From Trichoplax sp. H2 (Eukaryota), in NCBI GenBank assembly GCA_003344405.1, contig NOWV01000120.1, positions 1 to 64,000 on the forward strand: a DNA stretch of 64,000 nucleotides, in the 5' to 3' direction. The notes under the pieces are model-generated. The model had not been told where the DNA came from. It did no database searches and saw only the letters and a program-made list of their open reading frames with translations. Positions 53,151 to 64,000 of this stretch are shown here, piece after piece. The stretch's first letter is position 1. The number at the start of each line of letters is the position of its first letter. A program made the translations under genes and the position numbers.

Positions 53151-56100
53151 GTTGTATTCAATGGAGAGAAAATACGCCAAGTTTAATTCGTTCCTTACGC
53201 TAATGTAGTGTGTATTCAAGTAGTAAAGACTGTAATAATAATAATAATATTAATTTCCTTCAATGATTTAGAATCAATTCTACGTAGTTGTTAGTATTCT
53301 TGTAAAATTCGCGTGTGCTAATTCCAATCACTGCTGTCCTATTTGTTATACCGTATGCTCATAGACTATACATACACTTACACCTACATGTAGCCAATTC
53401 AACAAAGAAAAGTATACTATAGAAGTAAAGCGTTATAATTTGGATGGTTGGTAAGTACAGTACGTAGGTTGTTTTCTTCTCCTTTTTCGATCTCCGTCTG
53501 AAGTCAAGATTTAGTGTTTAAAGTCAAAAATTTGAAAAGCAACCAAGTAATACTAACAACTTGTAGGAGATACTACGTTTCTTGCAAGACGATGGATGAA
53601 ATTTATAATTTTTAATGTTGTAGGATAGTGGGCTTCCTAGTCCATTCGTTACTGTCGTCTCGACCTACTACAATAGTTATAGTGTAGTTGATAGCACAAA
53701 GGATTATCTCCCAATTTTTCGATACGCTTAGTAGGAAAATAAACAGCTTAAAACCGCTTTTAATTGTGCTAATAGCGTCAATAGTGAAATTTGTTGATCT
53801 ATTACTACTATTCTGATAGCTACCACAATACTTGGCAATATTGTTCGACTTTAGTATTAGAAAACTATGAAAGCAATCAGTTGACGAAAAGGAGTAACGT
53901 CGTCTGTCTTGGTATTCATCGAGTCTACAAGCTTGATTTCATTCACCGTTACCACCTATTTAGAACTTTAGTTGATAGTAGAATATAGTCTGAAGGAAAA
54001 ACTTCATTCCTACATTGGTCGCTGTCCATGCGTCGAGGTTATTTCATAATAAATAAACTAATTAGGAGTGAATATTCAATCCAATTACAGTAATAAACTG
54101 TTACTAATAATTATAACTACTCTACAATCCAAATTGAGTCGCACGCTATTTGGCGTTTTTGATAACTGCAGTACAGTACAGTATACCCTATCGATGGAAT
54201 CAACGATTTACAGTCTCATCCTGTATTTTTGTAGACTTGATAGCAGACTATTCAATTGCGATAGTCGTGATCGAGTACTATAGATATCGCCATTAGTAAA
54301 AAGATTGAATACTTTTTTGATTAATTATGCATGATAAGGCATTGTTTGGTTGTTTAATCTAACAGATTTCTTTGTTTCTGATGACAATGATATCTAATGT
54401 GACTGACAGCTTTTGGTCTAGAATAATACGATGACAGAGATCAGTGCATAACGATCTCTACCAGCGTTGCTATTGCATTATTACACCGCAGCTATACAAT
54501 AAGGGAGGATGGCCTACAAATTGGCGACAATCGATCATGCTGCATAGCTGTTGTAAAAAGAAAAGTGCTTATGGCGCAGTTACAGACCAACAACAACTAC
54601 TTGTAGGACAGTAGTTGACTGCGAGAGTATAGAATGATTATCCTGTATGCTGCATCCTCGTACAGCGGGAGCAGATTTCCTTTGATAATAAGCGTTCATC
54701 AAGTCAGCATTTTTTAATAATCCATACTACAGGGAATATAAAACACAAGTTATTACTACTTGCAAAGGATCAACACCAATGTACGACTCCCGTCTATCAT
54801 ACGTATAAAATCGGCTGTATCGATATCAATAAATAACTCGTTGATTGCATGTACTGTACTGTATATGTCATATATACAGTACAGTATACAGTCATACTTA
54901 CAGTATGTGCGTCCATGAAATACGAATCTACTGTACATGTCATGTAGGGGAGTCGTATATTAATGTTGATCCCTTGCAAAGCACAACCGGATGTGCAAGA
55001 TCGACTAGTATCAAGGTTTCCTGCTATCCAGCAATAGTACTGTATTACTGGAAATAAATGAAAGTCGATAGATTAGCGTTTTCCTTTTTCACCAACAGTA
55101 GCCTCAAATCATGTAACGGTACTGTCAATAACAGCATGATCGTAGATACGTACAATAATTGTTGTTATGGCAATTGTAATTAATGAGTCTGCTTGGCTGG
55201 ACTGTGCTTGTCGTCAAGAATACAGTACAGTACAATATTCTTTCTTACGTATTTTATCAGTAATTATATACACCTAATCTCGGTCTGGTTTAGGTCTGAA
55301 ACCTTTACGAATTCAATACCGAAAGCCAGCTGAGCCAACACTATAAATTTGAAATCAAACCAAAGTAAACCCCAAAATGTTTACCATTTTCAGCCAAACC
55401 TACTCTTTGAAAATGGTTCATATTAGAGTTCTGTACACAATGTAGCACGCGTTCTTACTGTACAATCGTGAACATACACTACAGTATAATACTGTGTACT
55501 TACGGCATAGTGCAGTATATTGTACAGTGCGAATAGTGTACTCTACTGTACAGTAATGTAATATTACAAATGTGCAGGATGAGGGATATCTACTCTCATT
55601 TTATTTGTATTTTAATAGAAAGAGAGGAGGCAAGAAGACTGTGAGTGAGGAGAGGAGAGCTCAGGGCTGAATAATATCGTAGACTGAGCGTACTCATACG
55701 GTAACAGGTAGTACTGTAATGACAAGTGGCACATCTGTATCGTCAATGTACAGTCTATTACACGTACGTGATATAATCTACGGACGTTATGATAGTTTAT
55801 TATGCTATATGTATGACTGGAACTCTTTCTAAAGTTGTCAAGTTTAGTCCATGGACTTTTCGGTTTACAGATGTCGCTGTTTTAGCCTAAATAAATCCTA
55901 GCCGCAGTCTCGGGGAAAGGAAGAAGTGCAGTACAGTGTACAGTCCAGTCCTGTTACAGTCTACAGTACTGTATACTGCATACAATGTACTGTACAGGAT
56001 TTGCTACCGGTCTTAACGTACCGGACCCACATTACGCTACTAGTACTACGAGTATCAAGGCAAGATCAATCCTGTCATGCTGGAAATAAACATAGTACTT

Positions 56101-56245
56101 TTACTGCTCTATGATTAGAATTGCATTTGTTGTAGCCTTCTGTAAAAAATAACTACTTCAATTTATCTCAGAAATATTGTTGTGCCATCGATTGAGCGGA
56201 GTAAGTAATTGCTGCATCGCCTAAATACGCCTAAAAGTAAGTCAA

Positions 56246-59200
56246 ATGAGAGCAAAAGCTGGAGCAGCATTGCTCGTGTTACGGAGATTCCAGCTACGTT
56301 GGGTTGGCAACAGCTACCTTATGGCTCCTCTTCAACGAAGTAAGTGTGAAAATCGACCCATCGGTAATCAACACTAAATTAGTGATATAATCCACTGCTA
56401 TTTATGAGCTGCATCCTTTCATCTTTACGTAAAGTATCACGTAAATCAGTCATCAATGCAACATGATTGCACTCATTATAAATACTCTACTATGCTCTTT
56501 CTGGTCTATCATATTAAAATACTGTACTGCACTCGTGCATACAGTACTGTATCTGCCATGCTGTACTGCTTTTCCAGTCCTAGCTGCCCTCTACTTCGTA
56601 CGAACTTGTTCAATCTACATTCAGTACTATCGATAGTAAAAATGCACGCCTATATGCATGCACATCTTCGTCTCATAGTCAAATTTTCGATTAAGTTTCC
56701 TTACATTTAGTATTTTAAATATTCAACAATCAATCCTGTTTTATCTGCAATGGTAGACCTATGGATTCGTATACAAGCAAATCATAAAGTGAGAGCTGGA
56801 AATACAACGGATGAATTTGCCTCAAGAGGTCATGCAAATGCACAACAGAAACGTTACCAACATCAGATCTCCTTTTCAACCAAAAATATTCCTAATAAAG
56901 ATAGTGTAGTGGATATCCTTACTAAATATAAGGTACCATATGATAAAGGCCACGCTACCATCATTACAACTTGTCCTAAAGTATGTGAGCATGCTGGCAG
57001 CAACGAAAAATGCGTATATATTAACAAAGTAACTGGTTCGTTAATATGCAAGAGATGCGAAAAAAGAGGCGAATGGCAAGATACTAGAGGTTCATCTAAA
57101 TGAATATTTTAGACTATTGCACGCTTAGATGTATCCATGATTCACGCATTAATTATTTGGCGATCAATTGGTGACAAATAAATTGTTCTATCATTCATAA
57201 TTATAATTGTAGATTGGTATAGCGGAAAAAAAAAGGTTAATGAAAGTGAAGTAAAAGTCAGTAAAACAGAGGATATGACATCAGAATGGGAGACCTGTAC
57301 TCCGTTTGAGGAGTGTGAAAAGGATATTAAGGAGCAAATAGTCAAGAAATACGGCATTCAGGTCGACTTGGGCAATATAGTTATAATGTACGCATTGAAG
57401 GTATCGAATGAATGTTATTTTATTACACTATTAGAGCCTACAAGAAGATTACTGCAAGAAATTTCAGCTTCGAGTCAAAAAATTGAAGGTATTTGCCATC
57501 ACTAATAAGCTATAATGATCCGTATGAGGTGCTGTAAGCGTGATGATCATGCAGTCTTTATCGCTCTAATTTGTTACATGGAAATCTTGAAGCTATCATC
57601 AGCGGATGAAGAACAATATTACTTCCTTTGTCCCTGGTTTGACTTTTCTAATACAGTATGTGGAATTAAAGTGTTACTACCTGAAAGGACAGACGTTTCG
57701 TCTTTGGAGACTCTTGCAAAGTAGCTATTAACCCGATAATAACATTTTACATAATTTGTACCAGCTTTCTAAAGTAAACTGTATTAGTCTCACTCTAAAA
57801 CATTAAATCTCTAGAACTTCTACTGTTGGACTCTTTGGCTATGATAATATACAAAAAGAGAATGACGAAGTAATATTTAGTTACATCATCAGTGTATAGT
57901 AGCTTTGAGTAGCTTTGTTGAGTCGCGTTTCCTAAATACTGACGATAATGAACTAATTCTTAGGTGGTATTAACTGCAAATGAATTTGATGCCATGGCCA
58001 TTAATCAAGGCACTGGAGTACCGGCGGTATCCTTACCTAACGGAAACGTTCTTCTACCTGTTGATCTTGTTCCACTATTCGAACAATTTAAGCGTATTAC
58101 TATTTGGCTTGGCAATTCGGTCAAAGATAAACGTATGGAATTGCAATTTGCCAATAAATTGCAAAGAGAACGTTGCTATTTTTTACCGTACGCCAGCTAA
58201 TTCATCGCTCTAAATAAAGTACAAGTTAGACTCATGTCTTACCTGTAGTTTGTGTTATATAACAGATCTACCTTAAAAGGTGAATTTCCGACAGCATTGG
58301 AAGCTTTAAATCGGGTAAGAGGTATTTTTGCATCTTCACAATTCAACTGATTTCTTAGAATATTAATATACCTTCATTCTTACATACTAGGGAGTGGACT
58401 TGAAGAAAGTTTTAAATTCCGCTCATGTCGTAGCACATAATCGAATTGTGACCTTTACTGATGTTAGTATCGATATTGTATCGAAATTGTACATTATACA
58501 GCATTTTTATTACCCAAGCGAATGAAATATTATAATCTCTGTATTTAATGAGGTATTTCTTGAATTATAGTTAAGACAAGATGTATATAATGAATTCGCT
58601 AATAGGGAACAAATTATCGGTGTACCAGTAAGTTGTGTAGTTATATCTTGCATCATTATCTAGATTACGATTGCATTTAACTTTTAGCACAGTAGCTACT
58701 ACACTGTATATCTCACATAGGTGTTATCCTTGGAAATAAGTAATACATCGATATCTAATTGATACAGTAGCAAGTAATAAAAGTACATTATATTCTCTTA
58801 TAACAGTGGCAGCGCCATCCTGAACTAACGAAAATCCTGAAAGGCCATAGAAGAGGAGAAATGACAATTTTTACTGGGCCTACTGGTTCTGGTAAAACTA
58901 CTTTTATCAGCGAGATTTCAATAGACCTGTGCAATCAAGGGGTATTGTAATAATTAATAGTCATTACAAATAAATCAATTACTTGTGTCCATGTTATTAA
59001 ATATACTGTATTTATGACTTGCTTATAGGTCAATACATTATTTGGAAGTTTCGAAATTCGTAATGTACGGATTATGAAGACCATGATGCGGCAGTTTTCA
59101 GGGTAACAACATGACTGTAAACGCCGAATACCGTTAGAGAGTTAAGATTTTAACAAGTTATTTTATCTCTCTTTTAAAATATAAATACGCAGTATAAATT

Positions 59201-60297
59201 TCGAGGAAAAAAACAAATTAGGTAAGTTCGAAAAGTACGCAACACAGTTTGAAAAATTACCGCTGTATTTCATGCATTTCTACGGCTCCCAGGATATTAA
59301 GCGCGTCATTCAAGTAAGTGGATGATGACAGAATATTATCACTATCATGCATTCGAAATGACTTTACGATTTTATCACATAGACTATGGAGCACGCCGCT
59401 TATATCTTCGACATTGAACATATTATAGTAGATAACTTACAGTTTTTACTGAATGTTGATACCAGGTATGTTGTGATTAAAATTCTTAGATCAACGAGTA
59501 TAATTTTATTATTATACTGGAATTTGATATTGTGAAATGAACTAACTATAAGATAATGTTATTCCATAGAGATGACTTCGCATTCAGACAACAAAATTTA
59601 GCCTTAAGTTTGTTCCGAAGATTTGCCTCGGAAAAAAATGTGCATGTAACTCTAGTAGTTCATCCGCGTAAGGTACCATTAGCTAGTTATTATATGTTTC
59701 ATATGTATTCATCTAGAATATCTGGAATTACATTTAGTTGAATTGCGAATAGTAAGAATATGTACTCAATAACTACTAGGAAAATGACGACACAGATTTG
59801 CAAATGGCGTCCATCGGTGGATCAGCGAAAGCCAGTCAGGAAGCTGATAACGTCATGATCTTACAAAATATTCGATACAAAGGAAAATCAATACAGGTTA
59901 AACAGCACGATATTTTCAGAATGTGTAAAAACTATAGTTGTGTATATCTTCCCTCTCAATGAAAGGTAATATATAATAGATTAGATTTAATACAATGGAA
60001 TGACGTTGTGTCTAGGTATTAAAAAATCGCTTTGACGGTGATTTGGGCTCCTACAAGATCATGTTTTCTAAGGAAAATTTATGTATGGGTTCCCGATCTA
60101 AAAACTTCACGGCAAAGGCATTAGATGCTGCTATAGCTAGTGAAGAAATGTCGACACCGGATGCGAAAAAATCATCGAAAAAGACTACTACAACAGAAAC
60201 AGGTGAAGAAAAGTCTTTACAGGATGCAAAAAAACCAACAAGAAAAGTTGTCAAAGGTGTGCAAGTTAAAAAGCTGAAACTAACTGGCAAAAATTAA
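56246..60297 (+). CDS. TWNK: Twinkle mitochondrial DNA helicase (T7 gp4-like), multi-exon
   Basis: Basic N-terminal targeting-like exon 56246-56339 in phase with the exon at 56757; [77 protein letters not shown]. Confidence 0.92.
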
Positions 60298-61094
60298 TGA
60301 TATGGAAAATACAAATTATCTAATCTAGAAGATAATCTGAAGATATGCGTATCTCCTTGCCTTTTTGGCCGTAAATCATGACTGTTAAGTCTGTCATTAG
60401 ATCCTTTGTATTCATGTCTGCCTGGTTAAGTATGGTTATATAATTCTGGATGACTTTCCTTAGCTTATTATATTACTATTAAAATGTGCAGAACTGTACT
60501 ATAGAACTGGACAAAACTACTGTATATTGAAATATTTTTCAATGAAAGCGTGAATGATATCAAGTTAATATTTTAAATTTTATGAAAACGTAAATAACAT
60601 CATTCGTATTAACTGCCTCATTAGTACCAGTATTATATATAACTCGAGTTCAACCGGAATTATAACTATAAAATAAATTATATTTCATTTAGATTCGCAA
60701 CTATTTTGTACTACTGTAACTGTATATCACTGGCAATCCTTTAATGATCTAGAAAATGTGGTAATAGCTCACTGACACACAACAAAGCTTAACAGGAATA
60801 TGTTTATTATATTACACGTGTATGACAGGATAATTTAATAAAATCCATATTTACATCATCGACTGATCTTGTACTGTGATTCTAGATTCTTTCTAACGTC
60901 CGATAGTTTTATATCTGATTAATTTGCAATTATTCATATACATATATAACAGTGTAATAAGTTGTATCCCAAAGTATGTTCGATAGCCACTTTCGCATAA
61001 ATTGTACAGCGCATATTTCATATTGAACGTAAATAGAACCGATATAAAATGTTATAATCGGTGCTATTGGTTAGTGTGGTGTTATTATTCTTTA

Positions 61095-62170
61095 TTACTT
61101 AGACTTATCAAGCTTCATTTTCTTTTTAGCTTTCTTTCCAGCTTGGTCTTTTTTCTTATCCTTCTTTCTCTTTAAACTGCCGTTGTTTCTGTTATCGTCA
61201 TTACCGCCATTAGAAATGATGATTTCCGAAGGGGAATCAGTCGTCTTTCCCTTAGTATCTTGAACATTTCCTTCATTAGGAATACTTCCCGTCTTATGAC
61301 TAAGATAGAAAGGATAAGCCCATTAGTATTGTTATATATCATAGAAGCAGGAATTGAAACGGTTATATCCTACAAAGTAGAGATACTACTGTATGAGAAA
61401 TTGCTACAACTATTGCATTTCAAGAGAAATAGGCCTGAAATTAGAGTACATTACAATCCTTCAATTGTTGACACTGTAGCAAGCGAGAACTACAACATCA
61501 CCCATTTTGATGTAGACTGAAGTGCTAATTTTTGATCAAAGTGTATAGACCACAAGAGAAAATCTCTTTTATTGGTCTTAATCAAACTAAGTTATAATCA
61601 ACAGCTATGATTTATGAACTATTGACATCACCTTTGATGGAGCTTGCCACCAATGGATAAGAGTCCATCTTCAGTATAAACAGTTTTGACTAAAAATGCT
61701 ATATTTTTACCTACTTGCAGTTGCAAGCCGATCAACTTTTTCTTTTTAAGATGAATAGAGGCATTAATACATTGATGTACCAACAAACCAAAATAATCGG
61801 CACCAATCCTAGTTACAACTCCAATCAATGTACTGCCTACGGTAGGCTTGAAAACGACATACTCAACTTGAACTTTGACCACCAACACAGGTAATTCATC
61901 CACGACTTTAGCTTGATCTTGCAACAAATGGACATTACCAAATGCTAATACTACACCTGCTAATTGATGGCAGTAAACTAAATTCTTCTCTTTCAATGTA
62001 GCTGTAATACCATCGTAAACATTACTTAAAAAGCGATACGGGAGTAAAATCTCTTCTACCCGTTGCTGAACATTAAGGCAAGTATATTGTCCATTGCATA
62101 ACTTTTTAGCTTCACCAAAATCCGGTGCATGTACTCGATAGTCATTGGTCTCCTCACATTCGTCAGCCAT
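61095..62170 (-). CDS. POLR1F: RNA polymerase I subunit RPA43 (Rpb7-like), exons 62170-61632 and 61299-61095, Lys-rich tail
   Basis: LAGVVLAF.N..L, VVFKPTVGSTLIGVV..GLLVH..NASI Rpb7/A43 fold. The phase-2 intron joins a KRKKDKKKD..KKAKKKMK tail. Confidence 0.82.
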
Positions 62171-62409
62171 TTTATCTTACTACTAACCGAAGAGATAATG
62201 GGAAGCAGCTACACACAGTAATCTAACATATAAATCGAAAAATGTTTCTGTCTAGATAGTCAAAGAATATGATCTTGGGATTGCTCTATCTTTTAGCTCA
62301 GCTTTGCACACCGATGGCAGAATTTGTCCATGGGTGCATTGATTGCTTCAGCGTGGAGAGGCGACTGACACTACTTGCAACGAAAGTACAACTACGCATG
62401 TGCTGTATG

Positions 62410-62600
62410 TTACAGTGTACTGTATACTGTACTGTACAGTGTACAGTGCATAGTACAGTACAGTAACAGCTGTACAGAGTGCTGGACAGTATCGAGCGAT
62501 TCAGTGGATTGTACAGTACAGGACAAGTGTCCATTATACAATATACAGTACAGTATTACACAACCACCATGATCGTACTACAGTATAATGTGCAGTACAG
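62410..62600. repeat. TACAG/CTGTA-rich tract upstream of RPA43
   Basis: tacagtgtactgtatactgtactgtacagtgtacagtgcatagtacagtacagt... Confidence 0.85.
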
Positions 62601-62643
62601 TTAGCACATCGACTGTTCACTATATACAACATACAGCTATTTT

Positions 62644-63595
62644 ACAAACCTTAAATGTTATTTAGCATACATACCTAGACCTTTACATTGATCTGATATC
62701 TTATCACCATTCTTACTTCGTATTACTATTACTATTGCATTGATAGTCTGTACAGACATTGAATTGAAAAATCAAATTCACAATTTACAGCTAATCATCA
62801 TCGAAGTAAAGCTACGAAACAATGGATTGAGACGTCTTTGACTTCCATACGCGTATAATCGTGAAGTATAGTTTCACATGCGGAATAAGTAATACGCCTC
62901 AATACGAGCTCGAGGACTCGTTGTACATAGTTGCACAAAGATCTTGGAGAGTGTCCGATACTGCATCCCAAATTTAACTATTTCTCAGTCTCGGAAATTT
63001 CAAACTGTTACTCTAAACGATTAGCAACTATAGTATTATTAAAGTACATTAATTCAATAACACCANNNNNNNNNNNNNNNNNNNNACAAACCTTAAATGT
63101 TATTTAGCATACATACCTAGACCTTTACATTGATCTGATATCTTATCACCATTCTTACTTCGTATTACTATTACTATTGCATTGATAGTCTGTACAGACA
63201 TTGAATTGAAAAATCAAATTCACAATTTACAGCTAATCATCAGCGAAGTAAAGCTACGAAACAATGGATTGAGACGTCTTTGACTTCCATACGCGTATAA
63301 TCGTGAAGTATAGTTTCACATGCGGAATAAGTAATATGAAGAGAAAGCTAATTCTGCCACGCAATACTTCATTTCTATTTTCTTCACACTATTGTAATTG
63401 TTGTGTTGTCGCGTACTTGCTGTACGCCTCAATACGAGCTCGAGGACTCGTTGTACATAGTTGCACAAAGATCTCGGAGAGTGTCCGATACTGCATCCCA
63501 AATTTAACTATTTCTCAGTCTCCGAAATTTCAAACTGTTACTCTAAACGATTAGCAACTACAGTATTATTAAAGTACATTAATTCAATAACACCA
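62644..63595. other. Assembly gap (20 N, 63066-63085) flanked by two near-identical copies (62644-63065, 63086-63595); probably uncollapsed haplotypes
   Basis: The copies differ by 4 substitutions and one 88-bp indel (63335-63422), and they abut the gap exactly. Confidence 0.85.
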
Positions 63596-64000
63596 TCTAC
63601 TGGTATCGGATTGACCATCAATCGTATAATCACGTACAGTACAGTACGTTACTAATGCAGATAAGCAATCCTGTATACTAGGTACAGCAGAATGCAGGAG
63701 ATAGAGTATAAATATTATGAAACATGAAAACCCGATACGAGCTAATTCAAATTTGATAATTAGTTTCCTGAACTATTTCTCACAAACAGTATTATCAGGA
63801 TAAATCATAAAAGTGCAGAAGTATAATTTAGATTTATTTAATTTAATTTGTGATAATATTTTTCCATTTATAAAATGCAGTTGTCAAAGTTTGCGTAAAT
63901 TCTTTTAGATTATCATGCTCATGCATAACTTGTCTAAATTGCATTAACATACATAGCAATCCCATCATGGTCTACACAAGGTTCGTACATATAAATTAGA

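Noticed and set aside
62644..63595. LTR pair or true tandem duplication
   Set aside because: The copies abut an N gap exactly, and there are no TG..CA ends, PBS or internal ORFs. An allelic assembly artefact explains them best.

Overview
Eukaryotic, AT-rich, gene-dense animal genomic DNA with short GT-AG introns. It is not prokaryotic. The compact gene structure, the ectodomain-less LGR-like GPCRs and the abundant TACAG/CTGTA low-complexity tracts suggest a placozoan (Trichoplax-like) genome, but this is an inference. In order, the window holds: a head-to-head inverted duplication carrying two intronless rhodopsin-class (LGR/GRL101-like) GPCRs; an intronless GT14 beta-1,6-GlcNAc transferase; a ~200-bp tandem satellite; HPS5 with a C-terminal RING-H2; two tandem nucleobindin paralogues; an adiponectin receptor (PAQR); phosphoglycolate phosphatase divergent from RPL27A; an intronless CYP4-clan P450 divergent from the Twinkle helicase; Pol I subunit RPA43; and a 20-N gap flanked by two apparent allelic copies of one locus. 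I found no CRISPR array, transposase, rRNA or tRNA. The best candidates for new biology are (i) TACAG/CTGTA clusters that mark the 5' ends of the conserved housekeeping-type genes, (ii) the palindromic GPCR pair with patchy homogenisation and pocket-focused divergence, and (iii) an RPL27A that lacks the conserved His39. All homology calls come from motif recognition by eye, and exon boundaries are approximate unless stated.
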